Shown one piece after another: positions 7,822-14,933 of a DNA stretch of 31,920 bases. The translations under genes were made by a program, and so were the position numbers. Below the pieces are notes generated by a model, which did not search any database, was not told where the DNA came from, and was given only the letters and a program-made list of their open reading frames with translations. Numbering within the stretch: the first letter of the stretch is position 1; each line of letters opens with the position of its first letter. The stretch comes from a virus (Duplodnaviria > Caudoviricetes), in the IMG/VR virus record IMGVR_UViG_3300043220_000028, positions 1-31,920 of that record. One strand, given 5' to 3'.

Positions 7822-8559
7822 TCAACGAATGGCGGCTTGGTACTTGGCCCACAACCGCTTGAGGTCGGAGGTCTCTTCGTCTGAGAAGGCATTGGTCTTG
7901 TCCTTTGGCAGTCTGTTGCCTGCGAAGATACGACGTGATGTGTCACGGCGGGTGCGGAGCTTGAAGTTAGGTGAGCCAAGACAGTAGAAGATGAACGAGA
8001 ACTTGCTTGTTATGAGAGACATAGTGGAGGGGGGGAGGTCGGGCTTAATCCACGGCAACTTGAAGTCATCTTCGAGTGAGCGTTCGAGGGCAGTCACTAT
8101 CAGGTGGTAGTCGCCTTCGAGCAGAGCTTCGAGTGAGTTCCTCGCGTGGTCTTTGATAGCCTTGTAGACTTGACGGCCATCCTTTATCTCCTCACGGAAG
8201 CGAGTCTCATAGAAGTTGATTAGCTCTGTGTAGTCATCTATGATGAGGGTGTTCCACTGGCCGGAGAAGAACCGCCGGGGAGCATCGAGCACGTGGTCTA
8301 CTTCTCTTGCTGTCCGAACCCTCACGTAGTCTATGCCTAGCCTCTTGAGGTGGGCCAGTTGCTCTTCAGGTTGGGTGCTAACTACTCGGATTAGTTCTGG
8401 CTCGACTATGCTGGTGGCACAGGTGGTCTTGCCGCTCTTAGTCTCTCCGAACAAGAGAATGTGCGCGTGAGCCTGGTCTAGCTCACGGGTGTTCTTGATA
8501 GCCAGTGCGAGGGGCGTGCCCACCGCACCGCTAGCCTGTGGTATGATTAGCTTGTCCAT
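7822..8559 (-). CDS. AAA_24 / Sak4-like P-loop ATPase
   Basis: Walker A GETKSGKT, Walker B LIIDD; start MDKL behind AGGAG. Confidence 0.82.
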   Translation of the reverse strand: MDKLIIPQASGAVGTPLALAIKNTRELDQAHAHILLFGETKSGKTTCATSIVEPELIRVVSTQPEEQLAHLKRLGIDYVRVRTAREVDHVLDAPRRFFSGQWNTLIIDDYTELINFYETRFREEIKDGRQVYKAIKDHARNSLEALLEGDYHLIVTALERSLEDDFKLPWIKPDLPPSTMSLITSKFSFIFYCLGSPNFKLRTRRDTSRRIFAGNRLPKDKTNAFSDEETSDLKRLWAKYQAAIR

Positions 8560-8584
8560 CGTGTCTCCTTTAGATTCAGGAGCC

Positions 8585-8613
8585 ATTGTACCACAGTTGG
8601 GAGTGAAAGTCAA
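8585..8613 (-). promoter_or_regulatory. Sigma70-type promoter with extended -10
   Basis: TTGACT-17 nt-TACAAT, with TGn. Confidence 0.8.
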
Positions 8614-8614
8614 G

Positions 8615-8818
8615 TCACCATAAGAGCCCTAGCCTACCGTATACACATTCCTCACAAGCCCACGGATGCTCCTCGTTGATACATTTCTCTAATTCATATG
8701 CCTCTTTTGCGAGCCGGAGGAGCCTACCACAGGAGGTGCAGCGATAGGTTGGGAAGTCATCCTTGATTGTTCTAAGATGGCGAGTGGAACGTATCTCTGG
8801 ATACCTAGACCTCACCAT
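8615..8818 (-). CDS. Small Zn-finger protein, GxxW-terminal family
   Basis: CTSC...ACEECVYGRLGLLW*; start in an ATGGTGA overlap. Confidence 0.82.
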   Translation of the reverse strand: MVRSRYPEIRSTRHLRTIKDDFPTYRCTSCGRLLRLAKEAYELEKCINEEHPWACEECVYGRLGLLW

Positions 8819-9081
8819 ATCAGCCCATGCTTGCGAGCGCAGTCCATGCACATCCATTTGCTACCAAATACTCCCGTACTTAGTGGGTGGACAAACTCTA
8901 TATACTGGAAGGGATAAGGGACTCTAGTATTACAGCACCCCGCATGCCACGGACTCTGTTCATCATCCCATCTAGGGTCGGTGCGTAGTAGCTCGTAGGA
9001 TGGCCAGGTGTTCTTCACGTTGCTTGAAGCCGGAGGTATCTTGCTCCGGTCTGCTGATGCCACAGATTTTGCCATACTCAC
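8812..9081 (-). CDS. Small Zn-finger protein, GxxW-terminal family (start unclear)
   Basis: HAGCC...WMCMDCARKHGLIW*. Confidence 0.75.
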   Translation of the reverse strand: MSMAKSVASADRSKIPPASSNVKNTWPSYELLRTDPRWDDEQSPWHAGCCNTRVPYPFQYIEFVHPLSTGVFGSKWMCMDCARKHGLIW

Positions 9082-9784
9082 ACTTCTCCTTGTTCATGCA
9101 GGGCCATGAGTTCTCAGAGTGGGGCCACGGCTGGTCTATGCCGAAGGTGCGGCGCATAAACTCTATCATCTCGCAGGTTTGGTGGACAGCCAGCCGCATC
9201 AACTCCAGTTGGTACTCAGTACGCTTGACTACCAGCTCCCATATCACAGGCGGTGAGGACTCCACGACAGTACGCACAAGCAAGCCCAACGGTTTGTAAC
9301 CTAGAGCCTGCGCGCCTATCAGCTCGAACTCAGCCTGCTTACGCGTCTGCCATTGAGCGCTTATCTTGGCAAAGGTGTTGCGAGGGTTGGTAGTCTTGAC
9401 CTCGCCTACCCATTGGCGTCCGTCTATCTCTAGTATCTGGTCTATCTTACCACAGATAGAGTGCGGCGAGTTGGGCAGTTGTTGAAGGAACTCCGGCTCA
9501 CTCACTAGGATGGTGGGGCCGCTTGGGTTGTAGCGCTGGAGCCAGTGGGCGAACATGCGCTTGGCTGCGGCTATGGCCTTGAGGTCTTGCACCTCTCTCG
9601 CCACCAGCAGGTCTATCTCACCTGCCTTCCTGCCTTTGGTGTGGTACTCTAGCATGAGATGGAAGGCTATGCCACGCTGGAGGTAGTAGTTAGGCACGGC
9701 AGGGGAGAGGTTCAACTCGTAGTGGATGCGGTACTTCTCCATGTTGCGGTGGAAACTATCGAAGCGAGAAAAGTCCAGATTCAT
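8972..9784 (-). CDS. PD-(D/E)XK (Cas4/RecB-like) exonuclease
   Basis: RGIAFH, GKIDQI, GEVKT, C-terminal C-x5-C-x5-C. Confidence 0.85.
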   Translation of the reverse strand: MNLDFSRFDSFHRNMEKYRIHYELNLSPAVPNYYLQRGIAFHLMLEYHTKGRKAGEIDLLVAREVQDLKAIAAAKRMFAHWLQRYNPSGPTILVSEPEFLQQLPNSPHSICGKIDQILEIDGRQWVGEVKTTNPRNTFAKISAQWQTRKQAEFELIGAQALGYKPLGLLVRTVVESSPPVIWELVVKRTEYQLELMRLAVHQTCEMIEFMRRTFGIDQPWPHSENSWPCMNKEKCEYGKICGISRPEQDTSGFKQREEHLAILRATTHRP

Positions 9785-9791
9785 AGTGCCT

Positions 9792-9820
9792 AGTATAGCA
9801 CACTATGAGTAGAATGTCAA
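9792..9820 (-). promoter_or_regulatory. Sigma70-type promoter, probably giving a leaderless mRNA
   Basis: TTGACA-17 nt-TATACT with TGn; ATG begins 8 nt after the -10; no RBS. Confidence 0.82.
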
Positions 9821-9821
9821 G

Positions 9822-10049
9822 CTACCATATCAAGTTCCTCTCTCTAGCACATGACTCACAAAACCACCCCGCCGGTCTATTATCCAACTCTGCATACCGC
9901 ACACTAATGAGTAAGAAATGGGGGTTTGTTTGTTCGACTTTACACCAGAAACAACTGGCAGGATAGCTCGTCCTATGGGTGTAACTGAGCCAAGCGCGGT
10001 CTACAGTACGAATGGACACGACTACCCACGGGCCATCTTTACGATACAT
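9822..10049 (-). CDS. Small Zn-finger protein, GxxW-terminal family
   Basis: CFWC...WFCESCARERNLIW*. Confidence 0.82.
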   Translation of the reverse strand: MYRKDGPWVVVSIRTVDRAWLSYTHRTSYPASCFWCKVEQTNPHFLLISVRYAELDNRPAGWFCESCARERNLIW

Positions 10050-11226
10050 GCACCACCCCGATTAGGTTGTGGACTTTAGGTGGTGACTCTACATCCTCGA
10101 CGGTCAGGACTACTAGGGTAGGCACGGCATAGCGGGAGAGCCACTCGACGTAGCCGTCGGTGACTATGATGTTGAACATACAAGCATCTTGCTTGGCCTG
10201 TCTATCTACTTCGTGGATGTCTGTGCCGCCGCTGCCCTCACGAGTTATCTTCTTGATTTGGCTGGCGGTAGTCAAGCGTAGGCGTTTGATGATGGCACAG
10301 GTGAAGTGATAGACATAGAGTTCCTTGAAGCCTAGTTGTTGAGTGGCGGAGTGGACGGTGCCTAGTATTTGGGAGAACATCTCGTCGCACACGGAGCCGC
10401 TGTTGTCGAGCGACAGCGCAAACCGACGAGCTATGGTGTCGCTGGCTAGGTTGGGGAGCACCATGTTGCGCCCGTCGCACATGGCACGGCGATAGATAGA
10501 ACGGACATCGAAGTGCTTGCAGTTGGTGTCGAGGGCGGTCAAATAGCGGGCTAGTTGACGCCGCCAATCAGGCGGTTTAGTCAAGCCCATCCTATCTAGG
10601 AGTAGCTGACGGAGTTCGCCTACTTGGTCGCCGGGCGGTTGGCCACCTACGCCCTCTTGAAGAGTCTTAGTAGCAGCCTCTCTCGCCTGTTCAGCTATCA
10701 TTTGGGCTACGCCGGATTGCGGCTCACCTTCACCGTCTTTGCCATCACCACCGCACAGGCACAGCACGGGCGGAAGCTTATTGGCTGGGTCTTTCTTCAA
10801 CTCCTTGTATATCTCTTCGGTAGAGAGCATCTTCCATACTTCTTCGGGCTTGACACCACCAGACGGGGTGCTCCAACCGGACAAGCTCTCAACCAGGGCA
10901 TTGACGGCATGCTCAGCGGCGGTGGAATAGAGGTCATGCCGGTAGTCGTCGCCCTCTTGACGCTTCATGGCCTGGCCCCGGCGAAGGTGGTCGCACAGGA
11001 AGTGGGCAGCTTCGTGAGCTAGGATGAAGGTGTTGTCAGCATCCTTCTGAGCGGCGACGAACTTGGGATTGACCTTAATCTTGAGGGTATCGTTGTTGAT
11101 GCCAATGGTACCAATGGACTCATCCTCTTCGTAGGTTGCGGCGTAAAGAATCGCGTCGAAGGCAGGTATAGCACGGCACACACCCCTACGCCACTTCTTA
11201 ATCTGTTCCATCAAGTCAGCGTTCAT
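10039..11226 (-). CDS. DUF2201-type metallopeptidase + VWA domain protein
   Basis: HEAAH (HExxH), MIDAS DNSGS, GGTD, TDG. Confidence 0.85.
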   Translation of the reverse strand: MNADLMEQIKKWRRGVCRAIPAFDAILYAATYEEDESIGTIGINNDTLKIKVNPKFVAAQKDADNTFILAHEAAHFLCDHLRRGQAMKRQEGDDYRHDLYSTAAEHAVNALVESLSGWSTPSGGVKPEEVWKMLSTEEIYKELKKDPANKLPPVLCLCGGDGKDGEGEPQSGVAQMIAEQAREAATKTLQEGVGGQPPGDQVGELRQLLLDRMGLTKPPDWRRQLARYLTALDTNCKHFDVRSIYRRAMCDGRNMVLPNLASDTIARRFALSLDNSGSVCDEMFSQILGTVHSATQQLGFKELYVYHFTCAIIKRLRLTTASQIKKITREGSGGTDIHEVDRQAKQDACMFNIIVTDGYVEWLSRYAVPTLVVLTVEDVESPPKVHNLIGVVHVS

Positions 11227-11305
11227 ACTTCCTCCTTACTGCGAACCGCAGTAGAAACAAGCCAACGAAAAGCAAAGCCATCGGCAGTAGCCTCTCCAAT
11301 AGCAT
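11216..11305 (-). CDS. Small membrane peptide (29 aa)
   Basis: Manual translation MLLERLLPMALLFVGLFLLRFAVRRKYER*; fills the gap. Confidence 0.45.
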   Translation of the reverse strand: MLLERLLPMALLFVGLFLLRFAVRRKYER

Positions 11306-11306
11306 C

Positions 11307-12392
11307 CTATTCTCCTTTGTACTTCTCAAGAAACAGATGATGCAACTTCTTTATCTTCTCGTCCTTCAGCAGCTCAGTGGTTGGGATGCGGTAGGTGAGC
11401 AGGCGGCCAACGATGTAACTCTTCTCGTCGCCTATCTGCTTCTTGGCTAGGGTGAGGAACTTGTAGGCTTGGGGTATTTTGGTCACTTGGCCCGCGGCGG
11501 TGAGATAGACGGCGAGCAGGAGGTTGGGGTCGTCAGTTTCGACGGACTTGCCGTTGAGGAGCTGTTCGATTAGCTCGCTATAGTCGTTGCGGAACTGGTA
11601 GTAGCGTTGATACTTACGACCTGCGTTTTCGCCGACGAACATGGCTGCGTCAGGAGGGCCTGCCGCTTTGTGGTTGAGGGCGTGAGAGAAGTTTGTCCAT
11701 GCACGAGGGTCGGCCACCTTCAGCAAGTCGGCGTCCTTGAAGTCATCGTGCTGGTTCAGGATGTCCGGGGCCAACTGAATGGCGGTGATGATTGACTCGT
11801 GTACGCCGTGGTCGAGCGCCCAATGCAGCCAGGAGCTGACGGAGGTTTCGATGTGCATGATGATGGGCCGAGAGGCGAAGGCTTTGTCCATCTCGAAGGT
11901 GTACTGCGCGTGCCATGCGTTGCCCGCTCCGATGACGTAGGTATCCTTCAAGTCGAAGCCGTTGAGCTTCTTCTCACTCAAGACCTGGAGCATACCCGAC
12001 TGTGCAATAGGTTGGATGCGGTCTATCTCATCGAGAAACAGGATACGAGGCCCAGGCTTGCCCATCACCTCGTCCACTAGAGGAGGCACAGCAAAGTACA
12101 TAGTCCTAGTAGCAGGGTCAATGCCAACACCGCCTGTGTCAAGGGGGTGGACTTGACTCAAGTGCCTGACAATAAGGGAGTTAGCTCTGCCCTCTCGCCT
12201 TAAGTTCTCGAACAGAGCATACACTGCCTCTGTCTTGCCGATGCCCACCGCCCCAATGGCTATCATGGCAGGGCACTTGTCAGGCGGCAAGTTGGTAATC
12301 ATGCGCTCGACCACCGCCTGATAGCCGGACACTGTGGTTTGGTACAGGTTGTGCGTAGTCAGTGTCTCTTGCTGCTCTTTCTTCTTTGTCAT
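11307..12392 (-). CDS. MoxR-like AAA+ ATPase
   Basis: GAVGIGKT, LFLDEIDR, GAGN, AFASR, PRAW; adjacent to the VWA gene. Confidence 0.88.
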   Translation of the reverse strand: MTKKKEQQETLTTHNLYQTTVSGYQAVVERMITNLPPDKCPAMIAIGAVGIGKTEAVYALFENLRREGRANSLIVRHLSQVHPLDTGGVGIDPATRTMYFAVPPLVDEVMGKPGPRILFLDEIDRIQPIAQSGMLQVLSEKKLNGFDLKDTYVIGAGNAWHAQYTFEMDKAFASRPIIMHIETSVSSWLHWALDHGVHESIITAIQLAPDILNQHDDFKDADLLKVADPRAWTNFSHALNHKAAGPPDAAMFVGENAGRKYQRYYQFRNDYSELIEQLLNGKSVETDDPNLLLAVYLTAAGQVTKIPQAYKFLTLAKKQIGDEKSYIVGRLLTYRIPTTELLKDEKIKKLHHLFLEKYKGE

Positions 12393-12395
12393 TCG

Positions 12396-12659
12396 TCACC
12401 TCTCCTTTAGTACGCGTCCTCTACCTTCCATGCTAAGCCTGCCTTCTCGGCACATGCTGTGCATAAGAGATTCAGATTGCCAAACTTACCTCTCGGAGCA
12501 TCAGTAATTAGCAAGGAGTGTATGTCTCCCTTTATCTCCTGGCCGCAACCCACGCCCATCGAGACTGAGTCAGTGGTAAATGCTGCTCCACAGTGACCTA
12601 AAATCACACACCCCTTCCTGTGGACACGTAGTATCCTCATCATATCACCTCTCCTTTAG
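12396..12659. repeat. 15-bp direct repeat (CTAAAGGAGAGGTGA on the minus strand) flanking one family gene
   Basis: tcacctctcctttag at 12396-12410 and 12645-12659. Confidence 0.8.
12407..12643 (-). CDS. Small Zn-finger protein, GxxW family with a 6-aa extension
   Basis: LLCTACAEKAGLAW-KVEDAY*. Confidence 0.75.
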   Translation of the reverse strand: MMRILRVHRKGCVILGHCGAAFTTDSVSMGVGCGQEIKGDIHSLLITDAPRGKFGNLNLLCTACAEKAGLAWKVEDAY

Positions 12660-12661
12660 AG

Positions 12662-12871
12662 CTACCACATTAGACTCAATTCCTGAGCGTGTTCCTTGCA
12701 TAGATAAGGTCTAATCAACGTACCAGGAGCCCTCACTTGTCTAGTCTTTAACCAATGGATTAGACCATACGAAGGCAGGCGGCACACGTCGCACCTCACC
12801 TCCGTCAATAGCCAACCCCGATTGACACGTGCCATGTAGACAAGTAGCAGCTTCCTCTCTTTGGCTGTCAC
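12662..12871 (-). CDS. Small Zn-finger protein, GxxW-terminal family
   Basis: CDVC...YLCKEHAQELSLMW*. Confidence 0.82.
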   Translation of the reverse strand: MTAKERKLLLVYMARVNRGWLLTEVRCDVCRLPSYGLIHWLKTRQVRAPGTLIRPYLCKEHAQELSLMW

Positions 12872-12896
12872 CTCTTATCCTTTCAGTGGATTGCAC

Positions 12897-13133
12897 TTAC
12901 CATACTACACCTAGCTCTCTGCCGTGGTCGGGGCATAGGTTGGGAAATTCATAGGAGTATTCTCCTGTATCATCACGAATTAGAAATTCCAGCAGCCCAT
13001 AGTTGTCGGGCTTGTCATCCACACAACACACATCACACTTGCTCCCAAGTATGAACTTCCCATTGTGCTGCTTCAAGTAGGCGCGCATGTGCTTCATTTG
13101 TTGGGTGGTCATTGACGGGCACTCCTGAGTCAC
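12897..13133 (-). CDS. Small Zn-finger protein, GxxW-terminal family
   Basis: CDVC...LCPDHGRELGVVW*. Confidence 0.85.
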   Translation of the reverse strand: MTQECPSMTTQQMKHMRAYLKQHNGKFILGSKCDVCCVDDKPDNYGLLEFLIRDDTGEYSYEFPNLCPDHGRELGVVW

Positions 13134-13318
13134 TCACGTAGAGTGGAGAGGATGTGGATGCGGGTATCAGTGGTGGGCAGGGTGGGCTTGCTAGTCGTGT
13201 TAGTCTCAGCCTCGGTCATGTAACCACGCACTCGTTGGAGTTGGAGGGAGTGGGCTGAGCACCACTGAGAGCGGGGCACAGCAGGCGTAAAGCAGCCCTT
13301 CAAAGCACAGTCAGTCAT
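13130..13318 (-). CDS. Small Cys/His Zn-finger protein
   Basis: C-x4-C...WCSAH; TAAGGAG RBS. Confidence 0.65.
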   Translation of the reverse strand: MTDCALKGCFTPAVPRSQWCSAHSLQLQRVRGYMTEAETNTTSKPTLPTTDTRIHILSTLRE

Positions 13319-13328
13319 CGAAGTCTCC

Positions 13329-13502
13329 TTACCACAGTAGTCCTAGTTCTCTTGCACAATCTACGCACAGGTCAGGCGTGAACACCCTCAGGCCCCTCTC
13401 TCGCCACTCGCACCAATCACAAATGTCTTTAAGCTCAGTGAGGGTGAACTTCCAATCATATCGGGCGAGAAACTCCAACACCACACTGTCAGGCACACTC
13501 AT
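13329..13502 (-). CDS. Small Zn-finger protein, GxxW-terminal family (57 aa, below ORF-track cutoff)
   Basis: Manual translation MSVPDSVVLEFLARYDWKFTLTELKDICDWCEWRERGLRVFTPDLCVDCARELGLLW*; AGGAG RBS. Confidence 0.87.
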   Translation of the reverse strand: MSVPDSVVLEFLARYDWKFTLTELKDICDWCEWRERGLRVFTPDLCVDCARELGLLW

Positions 13503-13563
13503 CAGACTCTCCTGAGCTTAGCTATCAACCACACCAAGAGCAGCAGCTCAATGGGACACACGG

Positions 13564-13707
13564 TTAGTCTCCCACTAGCACAGTAATGACAGCCCCACAC
13601 CCACAACATAACTGATGCCACACCCCAAAGTAACCTTCGACCCAATAGTGGTGGGCATAAGGACACAGCTTATGAGTGGTTGGCTTGTGAGGGTAGAGAG
13701 TTAGCAT
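13564..13707 (-). CDS. Small Cys/His-rich protein (47 aa)
   Basis: Manual translation MLTLYPHKPTTHKLCPYAHHYWVEGYFGVWHQLCCGCGAVITVLVGD*; AAGGAG RBS. Confidence 0.6.
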   Translation of the reverse strand: MLTLYPHKPTTHKLCPYAHHYWVEGYFGVWHQLCCGCGAVITVLVGD

Positions 13708-13824
13708 CGGAGTTAACTCCTTTGGAATCAGTGACGGTAAAATAAACTTAGAAAGTAGGCAACCTTTTGGTGATAGAAAGCATCTTACCCACCAAGGGGT
13801 AAGAAGGCGAGAGCTGTGGGGTAC

Positions 13825-14016
13825 TCACCACAGCAAACCTAGCTCTCTTGCGTGGTCGGCACAAAGAAACCAGAGTCGAAAGCCAAACCGAAGTCTCCGC
13901 CATACCCAGGCCTCAGCCCCTGCGCGACAGACATCACAACCCATAGAGTCGGGAGGACGATACTCTTCTATCTGCTCTCGTAACCGTGTGCGAAGAGACT
14001 CCGATAGCTTTATCAT
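13825..14016 (-). CDS. Small Zn-finger protein, GxxW-terminal family
   Basis: CDVC...FLCADHARELGLLW*. Confidence 0.87.
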   Translation of the reverse strand: MIKLSESLRTRLREQIEEYRPPDSMGCDVCRAGAEAWVWRRLRFGFRLWFLCADHARELGLLW

Positions 14017-14064
14017 AGCTCCCTTATCTCTCGACGCCGCGCCCTTTGGGGGCGCTCTTACTGG

Positions 14065-14274
14065 CTACCATATCATACCCCGCTTACGTAGGCACTCCTC
14101 GCACCACCACCAGCTCATGCCCTCGTACCCAGGCATGTCCTTGACAAGATAGGCTCGGCCACCAACAGAATGGTCATGAGTATCAGGCCGAGCATCCATG
14201 CACCACCCTCGGACATGCTGCCAATGGCGTCGCTCAGGCCAGGGCCTACTCCTTAGTATCTCTACCATATCCAA
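14065..14274 (-). CDS. Small Zn-finger protein, GxxW-terminal family
   Basis: WWWCEECLRKRGMIW*. Confidence 0.82.
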   Translation of the reverse strand: MDMVEILRSRPWPERRHWQHVRGWCMDARPDTHDHSVGGRAYLVKDMPGYEGMSWWWCEECLRKRGMIW

Positions 14275-14501
14275 CCACGCTCTTTACAGCAGTTTTCGCA
14301 CCACCATCCATCTGCGAGGGGGCTGTCATCTCTCTCGGTAGTTGGCACCCCCTCTACGCGGTAGATGACTTCGCATTGAGGATGGCCGTCAGGGTTCTCC
14401 CAATCCTTAGCTCCAAAGCAGTAGTACCTGACATGCCCTTCTCGTCTATTACCCAGGAATTGCTCAGCTATCGTGCTCCGCCGCCCAACCACAATAGTCA
14501 T
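14262..14501 (-). CDS. Small Zn-finger protein, GxxW-terminal family
   Basis: WWCENCCKERGWIW*. Confidence 0.82.
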   Translation of the reverse strand: MTIVVGRRSTIAEQFLGNRREGHVRYYCFGAKDWENPDGHPQCEVIYRVEGVPTTERDDSPLADGWWCENCCKERGWIW

Positions 14502-14503
14502 GG

Positions 14504-14608
14504 CTAGAAGTTGGAAGCTAGAGCAGCTAGACGAGCGAACTCAAGGACAGTCATGCCTAACAGCAGCAGGACAGCGAGGAAGATACCGACATCAGCTTTG
14601 TTCTTCAT
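14504..14608 (-). CDS. Small membrane peptide (34 aa)
   Basis: Manual translation MKNKADVGIFLAVLLLLGMTVLEFARLAALASNF*; GAGGAGG RBS. Confidence 0.55.
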   Translation of the reverse strand: MKNKADVGIFLAVLLLLGMTVLEFARLAALASNF

Positions 14609-14741
14609 CTTCGGCCTCCTCTTTAGGGATACACACCTTACCAGTGGCACACGTCTGAGCGAGAGCATCCAACTCAGCGCGGGTCATCTCATGTACCTTG
14701 CCCTGTTCGTCAATCTCTACACCGTGGGTAAATTGTAACAT
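14592..14741 (-). CDS. Hypothetical 49-aa protein
   Basis: Manual translation MLQFTHGVEIDEQGKV...EDEEQS*; GAGGTG RBS. Confidence 0.55.
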   Translation of the reverse strand: MLQFTHGVEIDEQGKVHEMTRAELDALAQTCATGKVCIPKEEAEDEEQS

Positions 14742-14744
14742 ATA

Positions 14745-14933
14745 TCACCTCTCTTGTCGTCTGACCGGAGCAGTTGGTTGGCCGCTCTGGTTCCAGCGGC
14801 GGATTTCCAATGGGCCTATTAGGAACCGCCAGAGATAGACCCATCCTTTGTTCTTACCAGCTATAGGATAAGGGCCAACATGCCCGAATCCCCACCGCCC
14901 CCACCACACGAATTGATACTTGCGGCGTCTCAT
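14745..14933 (-). CDS. Hypothetical Trp/Arg-rich protein
   Basis: ORF track; ATGA overlap with the upstream gene. Confidence 0.6.
   Translation of the reverse strand: MRRRKYQFVWWGRWGFGHVGPYPIAGKNKGWVYLWRFLIGPLEIRRWNQSGQPTAPVRRQER

Noticed and set aside
8972-9784. Cas4 as evidence of a CRISPR-Cas system
   Set aside because: Stand-alone PD-(D/E)XK nucleases beside an AAA_24 ATPase are ordinary phage recombination genes, and no array is present.
304-14501. Repeated tails as a CRISPR array, integron attC sites or DGR variable repeats
   Set aside because: Nucleotides vary at synonymous positions and spacing is irregular. There is no palindromic attC structure, no adenine-specific TR/VR pair, and no RT, integrase or cas1 in the window.
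304-14501. Stop-codon reassignment as the cause of the many short ORFs
   Set aside because: All three stops are used, neighbouring genes are in different frames with coupled overlaps, and long genes are intact in code 11.
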